DNA of 64,000 bases from NCBI GenBank assembly GCA_965217775.1, contig CBDCJH010000002.1, forward strand, positions 4,512,001-4,576,000. The letters are read 5' to 3'. The stretch comes from Acidobacteriota bacterium. Lineage in GTDB: Bacteria > Acidobacteriota > UBA6911 > RPQK01 > JAJDTT01. The translations under genes and the position numbers were made by a program. Position 1 is the first letter of the stretch; each line of letters opens with the position of its first letter. This document shows, in pieces, positions 37,924-48,236 of this stretch. The notes beneath the pieces are model-generated. The model worked only from the letters and a program-made list of their open reading frames with translations. It had not been told where the DNA came from and did not search any database.

Positions 37924-38778
37924 TCAAATCTTCAGCCGCGGGTCCAGGGCATCGCGAAGCCCGTCCCCGAGAAAATTTACGCTCAACAGGCTCAGGAAAA
38001 TCAAGAGACCCGGGAAGATGGCCAACCAGGGGGCGACCTTCAGGTAGTGCTGAGCGTTGAGCAACATGTTGCCCCAACTGGGAAGGGGAGGCTGAATGCC
38101 GAGCCCCAGGTAGCTGAGGCTGGACTCGGCCAGGATGGCGTAGCCCAGGTTGAGGGTCGCGTAGACGATGATGGGAGCCATGGTGTTGGGCAGGATGTGC
38201 CGCAGAATGATTCGCCAGTCGGGAATCCCCACCACCCGGGCCGAGTCCACAAACTCCATCTCCCGCAGCGAGAGGAAGGAGCCGCGAACGATGCGCGCCA
38301 GGCCCATCCACCCGAAGACCACCAGGATGCCGACGATCTCCCAGACGGTCCCCTTCCCCAGGCGGGAGAGGATCAGGAGCAGGGGCAGGCTGGGAATGGA
38401 GAGCATGAGGTCGGTGAAACGCATCAGGAGGGTGTCGATGAAGCCCCCGAAGTATCCCGAGACGGCGCCGATGAGGATGCCGGCCAGGGCGCTCAGCAGA
38501 GCCGCCGAGAGGCCCACGAAGAGGGAGACGCGCCCTCCCTGCAGCAGCCGCGTCAGGACGTCGCGGCCCAGCTCGTCCGTCCCCAGCCAGTGGGACGGTG
38601 AGGGGGGTTGCAGATGCTGCTGCAATTGGACCCGGCTGTAGCTGTGAGGCGAGAGCCAGGGTCCCAGCAGCGAGGCCAGGGCGATGATTCCCAGGAGGCT
38701 CAAGGAGACCATGGCCAAGCGATGCCGGCGGAGCCTCTGCCAGGCGGTGACGCCCGATCGGGGTCGAGACGGTTCCAT
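37924..38778 (-). CDS. Peptide/nickel ABC transporter permease (OppC/DppC-like)
   Basis: HWLGTDELGRD, EFVDSARVVG, RHILPN, GDGLRDALDPR. Confidence 0.92.
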   Translation of the reverse strand: MEPSRPRSGVTAWQRLRRHRLAMVSLSLLGIIALASLLGPWLSPHSYSRVQLQQHLQPPSPSHWLGTDELGRDVLTRLLQGGRVSLFVGLSAALLSALAGILIGAVSGYFGGFIDTLLMRFTDLMLSIPSLPLLLILSRLGKGTVWEIVGILVVFGWMGLARIVRGSFLSLREMEFVDSARVVGIPDWRIILRHILPNTMAPIIVYATLNLGYAILAESSLSYLGLGIQPPLPSWGNMLLNAQHYLKVAPWLAIFPGLLIFLSLLSVNFLGDGLRDALDPRLKI

Positions 38779-38787
38779 GGTGGGCGG

Positions 38788-39744
38788 TTACTCCATTCGG
38801 ATCCTGGGGTCCAGAAAAGCGTAGGCCACTTCGGCCAGGAGATTGAACAGGGCCACCAGCACCCCGAAGATGAGGAAGATGGCCATGGCCAGGTAATAAT
38901 CGTTGTTCATCAGCGAATCGAAGATCAACCTCCCCATGCCGGGCCACGAGAAGACGATCTCGGTCACTACGGCTCCCCCGATCAGGGCGGGAATGGTCAG
39001 GGCGATCAGGGTCACGATGGGAATCAGTGCGTTCCTGAGGGCGTGGCGCACCCAGATCATCCTCCCCGTAAGACCCTTGGCCCGGGCCGTCAGAATGTAG
39101 TCCTGTCGGATCACCTCCAGCAGGCTGGAGCGCATGTAGCGCATCCAACTGGCGGTGCTGAAGAAGCTGAGCACCAGAACCGGAGCGACGTAGTAACGGG
39201 CCTGCCCCCAGAAGCCCAGACCCGGCTCGATGGAGGGATGCCCTCCCGGCGGCAGCCAGCCCAGAACCACCGAGAAGAGGAGGATCACCAGAATCCCCGA
39301 CCAGAACACGGGAAAGGAGATCCCCACGAAGGCCACCAGCGAGAGCAGATAGTCGACCACGGAATACTGGCGCAGAGCGCTGTAGACCCCGATCGGTATG
39401 GCGATGAGGATGCTCACCAGCAGGCTGAGACCGGTCAGGGCCAGGGTGTTGGCCAGACGTTGGGGAAGGATGCTGGTGATGGGACGATGGTAGAGGCGGG
39501 AATAGCCCAGGTTCCCCTGAACGACCTGGGACAACCAGCGGAAGTACTGGACGTGAATCGGATCGTCCAGGCCGTAGACCTCCCTCAACCGCTGCACCTC
39601 CTCCGGAGTCACGTTGGGATTGGACAGCACCAGCATGTCCATGGGGTCCCCCGGCGCCAGTTGCATCAATGTGAAAACCACCACGGTCACGAAGAAGACC
39701 ACCGGAATGGTCTGCGCCGTCCGCTTCAGCAGGTGTCGATACAT
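38788..39744 (-). CDS. Peptide/nickel ABC transporter permease (OppB/DppB-like)
   Basis: APGDP, DYILTARAKGL, HALRNALIP, FSWPGMG, LDPRIR. Start MYRHLL. Confidence 0.92.
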   Translation of the reverse strand: MYRHLLKRTAQTIPVVFFVTVVVFTLMQLAPGDPMDMLVLSNPNVTPEEVQRLREVYGLDDPIHVQYFRWLSQVVQGNLGYSRLYHRPITSILPQRLANTLALTGLSLLVSILIAIPIGVYSALRQYSVVDYLLSLVAFVGISFPVFWSGILVILLFSVVLGWLPPGGHPSIEPGLGFWGQARYYVAPVLVLSFFSTASWMRYMRSSLLEVIRQDYILTARAKGLTGRMIWVRHALRNALIPIVTLIALTIPALIGGAVVTEIVFSWPGMGRLIFDSLMNNDYYLAMAIFLIFGVLVALFNLLAEVAYAFLDPRIRME

Positions 39745-39828
39745 CACTCGACTCCGTCGAGAAACCACCACTCCGAGAGAATAGAGCGTACAGGTCCCTG
39801 CCATAGAGGGCACCCACAAGGGGTACCC

Positions 39829-41523
39829 CTACGGTCGTACAGGTCCCAGGCGCCACTCGTGTACTCCCCAGCCCAGATAGAGATCCGGATACGGAGTGTA
39901 CCCCTCCAGCCTCCGATCCATGCTCACGACCCGGACGTGCCAGTAGAGGGGAAGCGTGGGCAGTTCCCGTGCCCAGACTTCCTGTTGCCGGCGCAGCAGG
40001 CCATACCGCTTCTCATCGTCGATGGTGCCCAGGGCCTGCCGGATCAGGTCCTTGTTCTCCTGGACCGCATCCCAAGGCGACCCTTCCCTCAACTGATCCA
40101 GGTTGGTGCCCTTGGGCCACCAGAGCCCATAGGCCGACACCGTGGCTTCGGGCTGGACCACCCAGCGCCAGATGGCCGCGCCTCCCGGCGGTAGATTCTG
40201 CTTCTGCAGCGTTCCCGGGAAGAGCAGCCGTGCCGACTGGGGCCGGATCTCCACTTGGATCCCCAACTCCTGCCACAGGGCCTGAACCACCGTCGCCACC
40301 TGCAGCCGGGTCCGGTCGCCCGCCACCGTGATCAGGGTCAGGCGCATGGCCTCTCCCCGGGCGTTCCGGAGCGGACCGTCCCCTTGCCGGGACCAACCCG
40401 CCTGCTCCAGGAGTCTGCGAGCCCGTTCCGGATCATAGCGATACTTTTCCAAATCGGGATTGTGAGCCGGATGATTGGGGTGGACCCAGGAGTGGGCCGG
40501 CGGCTGCTTGCCTCTGAAGATCGCCTGGTTGATGCCGGCCCGGTCGATGGCCAGGAGAAGGGCCCGCCGCACCCTGAGGTCGTCGAAAGGCGGATGGTTG
40601 ATCTGCACTGTTGCGTGTTCCAGCCAGGCCACGCCCACGTATCGGATCCCGATCCCGGGAGTCTCCTCCAATTCCCGGGCCTGCTCCAGCGTGAGCCAGC
40701 CGTCGGTGAGATGGACCTGCCGGGTGGAGACGGCGATGGCCAGGGCGTTGAGATCGGGAATCACCCGCACCAGGATCCGTTCCAGGCTGGGCGGCGGACC
40801 CAGGTTGTAGGCCGGGTTCCGGACCAACAGGATATGGCTGCCCGAGACCCACTCCCGAACCTGGAAGGGACCGTTCGCTTTCGGGTACACGCTGACCCTC
40901 TCGTCGGCCAGGAAACGATCCCAGTAGGCCCCTCCCTCCGAACGGTACTGTTCCCAGATGGGACGGTAGTAGTGCTCGGGGATGAGACGCAGCCGGACGT
41001 CGGCGTTCCCGAAGGGCCAGAGTGTCTTGTAGACGACCCGGAGCGTATGGGAGTCCAGGGCCTCCACGGCGCCGATGGGCTCCAGGTAGGACGCCCCGTG
41101 AGGGTACTGCTCGTCACTCATGAGCTCCCAGGCGAAGGCGGCATCGCCGGCGGTAATCTCGTTTCCGTCGGCCCACTGCAGCCCCCGCCGCAGATGGAAG
41201 GTGGTCTCCACCACCCCGTTTTCGTAGTCCACCTTCCAGAGACCGTTCTCCCGGCTGGGCAGCTCCGTACAGAGCACGCAGTAGGGTTTTCGCTGGGAAT
41301 CGATGAGCAGCAGCGGACGCCAGATGAAGGAGCCGACGTCGCCCGAGACCATCAGGTTTCCCACGATTCCGAAGAGGGCGTCCGGTTCCTGGGAAACCCC
41401 GATCACCAAGGTCTTCTCCGGGTCCTGAATGGGGAGGTCCGCCTGGCTGGCGCAAGCCGGGGCGGCCAAAGAGGCGAGGATCACCAGGAGCGAGATACGC
41501 AAGGACAGCGGCAGCGTCGACAT
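39829..41523 (-). CDS. Peptide ABC transporter substrate-binding protein (family 5)
   Basis: LRRGLQWADG, NGPF, FDDLRVRRALLLAIDR, YDPERARRLL. Start MSTLPLS; the ORF-track extension is MITE sequence. Confidence 0.9.
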   Translation of the reverse strand: MSTLPLSLRISLLVILASLAAPACASQADLPIQDPEKTLVIGVSQEPDALFGIVGNLMVSGDVGSFIWRPLLLIDSQRKPYCVLCTELPSRENGLWKVDYENGVVETTFHLRRGLQWADGNEITAGDAAFAWELMSDEQYPHGASYLEPIGAVEALDSHTLRVVYKTLWPFGNADVRLRLIPEHYYRPIWEQYRSEGGAYWDRFLADERVSVYPKANGPFQVREWVSGSHILLVRNPAYNLGPPPSLERILVRVIPDLNALAIAVSTRQVHLTDGWLTLEQARELEETPGIGIRYVGVAWLEHATVQINHPPFDDLRVRRALLLAIDRAGINQAIFRGKQPPAHSWVHPNHPAHNPDLEKYRYDPERARRLLEQAGWSRQGDGPLRNARGEAMRLTLITVAGDRTRLQVATVVQALWQELGIQVEIRPQSARLLFPGTLQKQNLPPGGAAIWRWVVQPEATVSAYGLWWPKGTNLDQLREGSPWDAVQENKDLIRQALGTIDDEKRYGLLRRQQEVWARELPTLPLYWHVRVVSMDRRLEGYTPYPDLYLGWGVHEWRLGPVRP

Positions 41524-41593
41524 CTGCAGTTCCTGACTCCCATCTTGCCCGATCCGGGCTCGCGGCGGTATATTGGCCGTCTCCAAGGCCCGG

Positions 41594-41751
41594 CAGTCCG
41601 TGGTGAAAGTCTCGCGAGCACCGAGACCGGTCCTGCGCCCGCCGGACAAGGCGCGATGAGGGAGCATACCGGGAGTATGTGACCGAATCGCAACGCAGTC
41701 CGCCGGGATGCAGGGACGGTCGAATGCCGTGAGGACTTTTGCCACGGGCTG
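41594..41751. mobile_element. 158-bp fold-back MITE, copy 4 (most diverged)
   Basis: Same termini and length as the other copies, with several internal substitutions. The target duplication is imperfect (CCGG/CCAA). Confidence 0.85.
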
Positions 41752-41798
41752 CCAAGGTCAACCGTCCCGCGTAGAAGGGCGACTGGGGATCCGCACCT

Positions 41799-42785
41799 GT
41801 GACTCACCTGCTGGAAGTAAAACGACTGAGTGCCCGCTACTACACCCCCGGCGGCGTGGTTCGAGCCGTCGACTCCATCTCCTACACTCTGGACCAGGGG
41901 GAGACCCTGGGACTGGTGGGCGAGAGCGGCTGCGGCAAGAGCGCCAGCGCCCTCTGCCTGCTCAGACTCCTGCCCGACCCTCCCGGAAGGATCGTGGGAG
42001 GCGAGGTCCTCTTCGACGGACGGGACCTGCTGAAGCTCGGCGAGGAGGAGATGCGCAAGGTCCGCTGGTCCGAGATCGCCATGGTCTTTCAGGACCCGCT
42101 GGCTTCCCTCAACCCCGTCCTGACCATCGGCTTCCAGATCCGGGAGGTCTTGCGGTTGCACGAGGGGATGACCTACAAGCAGTCCCGGGACCGGGCCAGC
42201 GAGTTGCTGGGCCTGGTGGGGATCCCCGATCCGGAGCGGCGGCTGGACCAATACGCTCACGAGTTCTCCGGTGGAATGCGCCAGCGGGCCATGATCGCCA
42301 TGGCTCTGGCGTGCAATCCGCGACTCCTGATCGCGGACGAACCGACGACCGCGCTGGACGTGACCCTGCAGGCCCAGATCGTGGACCTGGTGAAAGAGTT
42401 GCAGCAGGAGCTGGGAATGGCGGTGATCTGGATCAGCCACGACCTGGGAGTGATCGCCCGGCTGGCCCGGCGGGTAATGGTCATGTACGCCGGCGCCATC
42501 GTGGAGGAGGCCGACGTCCGCGCCCTCTACGCAACTCCCCGGCACCCCTACACCCGAGGCCTCCTGCGAGCCACCCCCCACGCCGGAGCCGGGCGGGAGC
42601 GTCTGGTCACCATTCCGGGACAGCCCCCGGACCTGATCGAGGAGCTTCCAGGCTGTCCCTTCGCTCCACGGTGCGAGCACACGGTGGAGCGGTGCCGTCA
42701 GGAGGTCCCCGCGCTGGAGCCGGTGGGACCGGCTCATTCGGTGTCCTGTTGGGAGAAGGACCAACTCGCGGGAGGTGCCGGTTGA
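41799..42785 (+). CDS. Peptide ABC transporter ATPase (OppD/DppD-like)
   Basis: [38 protein letters not shown]. Confidence 0.92.
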   Translation: MTHLLEVKRLSARYYTPGGVVRAVDSISYTLDQGETLGLVGESGCGKSASALCLLRLLPDPPGRIVGGEVLFDGRDLLKLGEEEMRKVRWSEIAMVFQDPLASLNPVLTIGFQIREVLRLHEGMTYKQSRDRASELLGLVGIPDPERRLDQYAHEFSGGMRQRAMIAMALACNPRLLIADEPTTALDVTLQAQIVDLVKELQQELGMAVIWISHDLGVIARLARRVMVMYAGAIVEEADVRALYATPRHPYTRGLLRATPHAGAGRERLVTIPGQPPDLIEELPGCPFAPRCEHTVERCRQEVPALEPVGPAHSVSCWEKDQLAGGAG

Positions 42786-43768
42786 CTGTCGCGGACGCGC
42801 CGGAACTGGTGCGGGTGGAAGGACTCAAGCAGTACTATCCGGTGAACCGGGGCGTCCTGTTCCGGCGCCAGGTGGGAGCGGTGCGCGCCGTCGACGGGAT
42901 CTCTTTCCTCATTCGGAGGGGGGAGACGCTGGGGCTGGTGGGAGAGAGCGGTTGCGGCAAATCCAGCACCGGGCGTGCCATCCTGCAATTGCAGCGTCCC
43001 ACCGCAGGCCGGGTTTTCCTGGACGGCGTGGAGCTGACCGAGCTCAAAGGCCGGGACCTGAGGCGCATGCGCCGCCGGATGCAGATGATCTTCCAGGATC
43101 CGTACGCTTCCCTGAACCCCAGGATGACGGCGGGACGGATCCTGTCCGAACCCCTGGAGATCCATCACTTGGCCCGGGGGCGCCGACAGGAAAGGGTACG
43201 GGAACTCTTGGAGCTGGTGGGACTCAATCCCGGCTACGCCCACCGCTACCCACACGAGTTCTCCGGCGGCCAGCGCCAGAGGATCGGCATCGCCCGGGCC
43301 CTGGCCCTGCAACCCGATTTCATCATCTGCGACGAGCCGGTTTCAGCTCTGGACGTCTCGATTCAGGCACAGGTCATCAATCTCCTGGAGGATCTCCAGG
43401 AGCGGTTCGGCCTGACCTACCTGTTCATCGCCCACGACCTGAGCATGGTCCGGCACATCAGCGACCGGGTCGCGGTCATGTACCTGGGCCGGATCGTCGA
43501 GCTGGCCGACCGGGACGACCTCTACGAGGCTCCGCTGCACCCCTACACGCAGGCTCTGATCTCGGCGGTTCCCCTGCCCGATCCCGATCTCGAGTCCCGG
43601 CGCAGCAGAATCGTCTTGAAGGGAGATCCACCCGACCCGGCAGACCCGCCGGCCGGCTGCAACTTCTCCACCCGCTGTCCGGTTGCCATCGATCGATGCC
43701 ACCAGGAGGACCCCCCACTTCAGGAGGTTCGTCCGGGCCACTGGGCAGCCTGTCATTTGGTTGCATGA
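42782..43768 (+). CDS. Peptide ABC transporter ATPase (OppF/DppF-like)
   Basis: [39 protein letters not shown] start overlaps the upstream stop. Confidence 0.92.
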   Translation: MTVADAPELVRVEGLKQYYPVNRGVLFRRQVGAVRAVDGISFLIRRGETLGLVGESGCGKSSTGRAILQLQRPTAGRVFLDGVELTELKGRDLRRMRRRMQMIFQDPYASLNPRMTAGRILSEPLEIHHLARGRRQERVRELLELVGLNPGYAHRYPHEFSGGQRQRIGIARALALQPDFIICDEPVSALDVSIQAQVINLLEDLQERFGLTYLFIAHDLSMVRHISDRVAVMYLGRIVELADRDDLYEAPLHPYTQALISAVPLPDPDLESRRSRIVLKGDPPDPADPPAGCNFSTRCPVAIDRCHQEDPPLQEVRPGHWAACHLVA

Positions 43769-43793
43769 ACGTTCCATGAGGGAGACAAACGTC

Positions 43794-44399
43794 ATGAAGA
43801 AACCGATTGGTCTTGCAATTGTTCTGCTTTCGGCCTCCGTTTCCGCACTCGGGGAGACCCAAAAGTCACAGGCGGAGACGGATGCCATCGCCAGCATCCA
43901 GGAAAAAGGGGGGCTGGTGCTGGAAGTCGCCCAGAATGACCCCAGCCTCGACGTCGCCTTCCATCTGGCCTCGAAACCGGCAGCGGACGGAGATCTGGAG
44001 CCCCTGGAGCAGCTCACGAACGTGATCAACCTGAACCTTCGCAAAACGGCCGTCACCGATGCCGGCCTGGCCCACTTGAAGGGACTCAAGACCCTCCAGC
44101 GCCTCCACTTGGAAAAGACCGCCATCACCGACGCCGGCCTGGAACAGCTCAAGGACCTGACCAGCCTGGTCTACCTGAACCTGTACGAGACGGGGGTCAG
44201 TGACGCGGGCCTCCAGCACCTGAAGGGCCTCTCCAAACTCCGGAAGCTGTTCGTCTGGAAGACCGAGGTGACCCAGGCGGGGGTGGACGGCTTGCGCAAG
44301 TCACTGCCCGAGCTGGAAGTGGTCCTGGGCCAGGAGCTGGCTCCCGATCCTCCCGAGAAGAAGACCGACAAGGAAGAAGAAGAGAAGAAGGCGGACTGA
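43794..44399 (+). CDS. Exported leucine-rich-repeat protein
   Basis: Signal peptide, then repeated LxxLxLxxTxVTDAGLxHLK units. Confidence 0.85.
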   Translation: MKKPIGLAIVLLSASVSALGETQKSQAETDAIASIQEKGGLVLEVAQNDPSLDVAFHLASKPAADGDLEPLEQLTNVINLNLRKTAVTDAGLAHLKGLKTLQRLHLEKTAITDAGLEQLKDLTSLVYLNLYETGVSDAGLQHLKGLSKLRKLFVWKTEVTQAGVDGLRKSLPELEVVLGQELAPDPPEKKTDKEEEEKKAD

Positions 44400-44408
44400 A
44401 CTCGTGGA

Positions 44409-45173
44409 TCAGACGCAGCCGGGATACTCCCGGCCCCTCAGCAGCCGATAGTTCGGTGCGGGCGTCGACGGGTTCGTCCACTTGGAGCGGGCGGTCATGT
44501 AGTGCACGGCGAAACCGCGTCTGGAGTGATGCGTCCGGTTGGGCCGCGAGCTGTGCAGCAGCAGGCTGTGATGGAATGAGCAACTCCCGGCCGGCATCAC
44601 CATGGGCACCTCGGCCTCCAGGTCCATGGCGCTCGCCGGAACCTGCTTGTCGATGCGGTCTCCGATCTGCCAGGGCTCGCCATGGTCCACGACTCCCCCG
44701 AGGTGGCTGCCCGGAATCACCCACATGCTCCCGTTGGCCACGGTGACGTCATCCAGCGCCGACCAGCAGGTGACCAGCGCCATGGGCTCGATGAAAAAAT
44801 AGGCCGAATCCTGGTGGTAGGGCTTCTCGACGCCACCGGGCGGCTTCATGAAGAGCTGGCTCTCGAAGAGCTTCACGTCGGAACCGATCAGGTCCTCCAC
44901 CATATCCAGAATGGTGTCGTTCCTGGCGTGCCTCAGAAAGACGGGATCGTTCTCGGCGCAATGGTCCAGCTTGCGAATCGTCTCGACGGAACGGCGGCCG
45001 TTGGCGGTGGGTTCCAACTCCAGGTTCCCCTCGGGAAAAGGGACTCGTCCCTTGGCGATGTCCGCCGTTCGCTGTTTCAGCCGCTCCACCTGGTCCGGGG
45101 GGACGACGTTTTCCACGATCAGGTAGCCCTGGGTTCGGTAATGATCGATCTGGGCTTGGGTCAGTTTCTTCAT
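44409..45173 (-). CDS. Phytanoyl-CoA dioxygenase family protein
   Basis: HQD, WSALDD, NGSMWVIPGSH, H...R Fe/2OG ligands. Confidence 0.9.
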   Translation of the reverse strand: MKKLTQAQIDHYRTQGYLIVENVVPPDQVERLKQRTADIAKGRVPFPEGNLELEPTANGRRSVETIRKLDHCAENDPVFLRHARNDTILDMVEDLIGSDVKLFESQLFMKPPGGVEKPYHQDSAYFFIEPMALVTCWSALDDVTVANGSMWVIPGSHLGGVVDHGEPWQIGDRIDKQVPASAMDLEAEVPMVMPAGSCSFHHSLLLHSSRPNRTHHSRRGFAVHYMTARSKWTNPSTPAPNYRLLRGREYPGCV

Positions 45174-45212
45174 GGCCAAGAAATTATAGCAATGGAGAGG
45201 AAAGAGGAACAA

Positions 45213-46067
45213 TCACATAAAGCGGTAGCCGTGGACTACGGAGACGACGATGGAGAGGATCGTGAGGACGATGCAGACGGCAGCGGCGGCCAAGTGGTTC
45301 AGCCGCTCGGGTTGCATGGGGTCCAGCCAGCGGGCCAACAGATAGCCCCCCAGAAATCCACCCGCATGAGCCCAGTTGTCGACTGCCGGGAAGATGAACC
45401 CGAAGATCCCCAGGACAATGGCGTACACTCGGGCCTGCCGGCTGACGTGACTGCCGATGCCGCGGCGGCCGGAGTAGACCAGCGCTCCCAGGAGACCGAA
45501 TATGGGTGCGGAGGCGCCAACGGAGAACATGGCTCCCTTGAGTGGACCGGGCAGGAAGGGAAGATACATGCCGGTCAAGGTGCTCAAGCCGAACCCGGCC
45601 GCGGTGGCTACGGTGTAGATGAGGACCATGCGGCCGGCTCCGTAGATCTCCGCGGTGACCGGCGCCAACTGGCGAACCCACATCAGGTTGAACCCGATGT
45701 GGAGCAGGCCGCCGTGGAGCCAACCGGCGCTGAGCAGGGTCCACCAGCGATCGTATTGGAACACGGGAACGGCGCCGCTGGCTCCGAACAGGAACAGGCC
45801 GGCCTGGCTGGGAGACAACAGGGAGAACATTCCTCTGCTCCCGGTCCCCGAGGAGCCCACGATCAGGGTGGCAATGTACAAGAAGATGCAACCCACCATC
45901 ACCAGGCGGAGAAAACCCAGATCGTCGCCCAGGATCCGCACCAGGGGAGCGAATCCCCAGAGACCCGGGTTCTTGCAGCCGCATTCATAGCATTCGGAGT
46001 CGTTGACTCCCACCAACCGGCCGCAGGAGCGGCACACCACCGAGCCGGTCCGCTGTCGTCTCAACAA
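45213..46067 (-). CDS. Rhomboid intramembrane serine protease
   Basis: HIGFN, GASA, AHAGG and an N-terminal CxxC..CxxC. Confidence 0.9.
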   Translation of the reverse strand: MLRRQRTGSVVCRSCGRLVGVNDSECYECGCKNPGLWGFAPLVRILGDDLGFLRLVMVGCIFLYIATLIVGSSGTGSRGMFSLLSPSQAGLFLFGASGAVPVFQYDRWWTLLSAGWLHGGLLHIGFNLMWVRQLAPVTAEIYGAGRMVLIYTVATAAGFGLSTLTGMYLPFLPGPLKGAMFSVGASAPIFGLLGALVYSGRRGIGSHVSRQARVYAIVLGIFGFIFPAVDNWAHAGGFLGGYLLARWLDPMQPERLNHLAAAAVCIVLTILSIVVSVVHGYRFM

Positions 46068-46164
46068 GATCTTCTTTCCTCTCCGGACCTCTAGCGGGAG
46101 GTTCCGTGCCTAGTGTACCAGCAAGAGGGCACCCACCAAGAGGGCACCCACACAAGGGGTGCCC

Positions 46165-47244
46165 CTACGGCCGGAGAGCGACTTGGAATCGGTCCGGATC
46201 GAAGGAATCGGAATGCGCCCGGTTCAGGAATTTCCCGGCGGCGCGGCGGCCGACCTCCCAGCTCACTCCCATTCCGTGTCCGCCCAGGGCGGCGACCCAG
46301 AAGAAATTCTCCAGAGTGGGGTCCCAGCCGATGACGAAGGAGGTGTCGGTGGCCTTGGTTCGAAAGCAGGACCAGACTCGTTCCTGAACGGCGTCCCTGA
46401 GGTGAGGCAGCTTGGACCAGCAGAGCCGGGCCAGCTCCTCGGTCATGTCCGCATCCACGGTGGGTTCCAGGCTCTCGGTCTCGCCCTCGTCACAGGCGCT
46501 GATGAGGAGTCCGTTGGATTCGGGTCTGAAATAGAAATTGTCCGCCAGATTCCAGACGATGGGCCAATGGGGATTCACTCCGGGGACTCGGCCCAGGACG
46601 AAGAGGTGGCGCTTCAACGGTCGCATGGGGACCCGCGAGGCGCCGGCGAGGCGGCTGACCCGGGGCGCCCAGGCACCGGCGGCGTTGACCAGGCGGTGGG
46701 CCGTGATTTCGCCCTGTGTGGTATCGAGCCGGAACGGACCCGTCCCCCGGCAACCTCGCAGACGGCAGTCGAAGAGAAAGGAGACACCCCGTTCCCGGCT
46801 CCCGGTGAGATAGAGCTGGAGCAGAGCGGAAATGTCCATGATGCCGTCGGCGGGAGTCCAGAGGGCGGCGCCGAAGTCGTGGCGGTCCAGCAACGGGACT
46901 CTCCGGCGGGCTTCCCGCGGATTCAAGAGATACGATTCGATCCGGTCCGGTTCCCGCATGGCCTCCAACCGGTCCGCCGATGCCAGAAGTAACGACCCGA
47001 CCTGACGAAAGCCCAGTTCCGGCCGGTACCGGTCGTAGGCCCGGCGACTGGCGGCGGCGGCCCGGCGGATGTCCTCCCGCTCCTCGTGCTGGCGCACCAT
47101 GGCGGCATTCCGTCCGGAGGCGTGGAATCCGGGCACCGATTCCTGATCGATCACCAAGATCGAGCCCGAGTAGGAACGGCTCAGGTGAAACGCGGTGGAC
47201 GCGCCGGCAAAACCCGCGCCCACGATGAGGACGTCGACCTTCAT
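46165..47244 (-). CDS. FAD-dependent oxidoreductase (DAO/sarcosine oxidase family)
   Basis: IVGAGFAG, ASGRNA, VNAAGAW, GGHG. Confidence 0.85.
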   Translation of the reverse strand: MKVDVLIVGAGFAGASTAFHLSRSYSGSILVIDQESVPGFHASGRNAAMVRQHEEREDIRRAAAASRRAYDRYRPELGFRQVGSLLLASADRLEAMREPDRIESYLLNPREARRRVPLLDRHDFGAALWTPADGIMDISALLQLYLTGSRERGVSFLFDCRLRGCRGTGPFRLDTTQGEITAHRLVNAAGAWAPRVSRLAGASRVPMRPLKRHLFVLGRVPGVNPHWPIVWNLADNFYFRPESNGLLISACDEGETESLEPTVDADMTEELARLCWSKLPHLRDAVQERVWSCFRTKATDTSFVIGWDPTLENFFWVAALGGHGMGVSWEVGRRAAGKFLNRAHSDSFDPDRFQVALRP

Positions 47245-47283
47245 CCAGGAAACCGTATCGGTTCCGGCGGGGGGAATTCAACA

Positions 47284-47413
47284 GGAGCGGCGATTTCCAA
47301 CCGCCGGAATGGAGCGGCGGTTTCCAACCGCCGAACTCCGGAGTGACAATTTGGCGCGGAAGAATGGGCGACTGGAAATCGCCCCTCCGGGCGACAGGGA
47401 TGTCGCCCCTCCC
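47284..47413. repeat. REP-like hairpin cluster
   Basis: 2 x GGAGCGGCGRTTTCCAACCGCC, GGGCGACTGGAAATCGCCCCTCC and GGGCGACAGGGATGTCGCCCCTCC. Confidence 0.8.
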
Positions 47414-47423
47414 AATTTCTTTC

Positions 47424-47453
47424 TTGACAACTCCGATCGGAATACTAGATAAT
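47424..47453 (+). promoter_or_regulatory. Sigma70-type promoter of cysH-sat with an overlapping palindromic operator
   Basis: TTGACA-N18-GATAAT, with TCCGATCGGA between the boxes. Confidence 0.55.
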
Positions 47454-47479
47454 GCGCCGCGTCGTCGGAAGAAACGGTC

Positions 47480-48208
47480 ATGGAGACACAAATTCGACCC
47501 AATGTCATGCCCTTGCCGGCTCCGGCTGAAATGATGTCGGCCGAGGAACTGGTGGCTTGGGCGTTGGATCAGTGGCACCCCCGGATCGCCGTTTGCACCA
47601 GTTTTCAGGCCGAGGGAATGGTGATCCTGGATCTCTGCTGGCGCTACCGCAAAGACATCCGGGTCATGACCATCGACACGGGACGGCTCCCGGCCGAAAC
47701 CTACGAAATGATGGATCGCGTCCGGGACCACTATGGAATCCGGCCCGAGGTCTTCTTTCCTCACACCGAAAGCGTGGAGACCATGGTGGGAGAGTCCGGG
47801 ATGAACCTCTTCTACCGATCCCGGGAAGAGCGGAAGCGTTGCTGCCAGGTACGAAAGGTAGAACCGTTGACACGGATGCTACAACCTCTCGATGCCTGGA
47901 TGGTCGGCTTGAGGAGAGGTCAGTCTTCGAGCCGCGCGGGCGTCTGCAAGCTGGAGACCGACTGGGAGCACGGCTCCAAGATCAAGCTGAGTCCGCTGGC
48001 GGATTGGACCCACGATCAGGTCTGGAGCTATATTCGGCGGAACCGGGTTCCGCATCATCCCTTGTATGACCAGGGTTACGAAAGCATCGGCTGTGCCCCC
48101 TGCAGTCGTGCTCTTCGTCCCGGCGAGCACCCACGCGCCGGACGCTGGTGGTGGGAACAGGGAAGCGCCCGGGAATGCGGGATCCACTGTTTTCAGAAAC
48201 CCGACTGA
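47480..48208 (+). CDS. cysH: (Phospho)adenylyl-sulfate reductase, [4Fe-4S] type
   Basis: IDTGRL, CCQVRK, SIGCAPC, RAGRW, ECGIH. Confidence 0.92.
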   Translation: METQIRPNVMPLPAPAEMMSAEELVAWALDQWHPRIAVCTSFQAEGMVILDLCWRYRKDIRVMTIDTGRLPAETYEMMDRVRDHYGIRPEVFFPHTESVETMVGESGMNLFYRSREERKRCCQVRKVEPLTRMLQPLDAWMVGLRRGQSSSRAGVCKLETDWEHGSKIKLSPLADWTHDQVWSYIRRNRVPHHPLYDQGYESIGCAPCSRALRPGEHPRAGRWWWEQGSARECGIHCFQKPD

Positions 48209-48236
48209 TCGCTGAACCTCCGTTCGGAAACCCTTC

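Noticed and set aside
41524-42781. Extended ORFs 39829-41745 and 41708-43768
   Set aside because: The extensions come from stop-free MITE sequence or an overlapping frame. Real starts are placed at 41523 and 42782.
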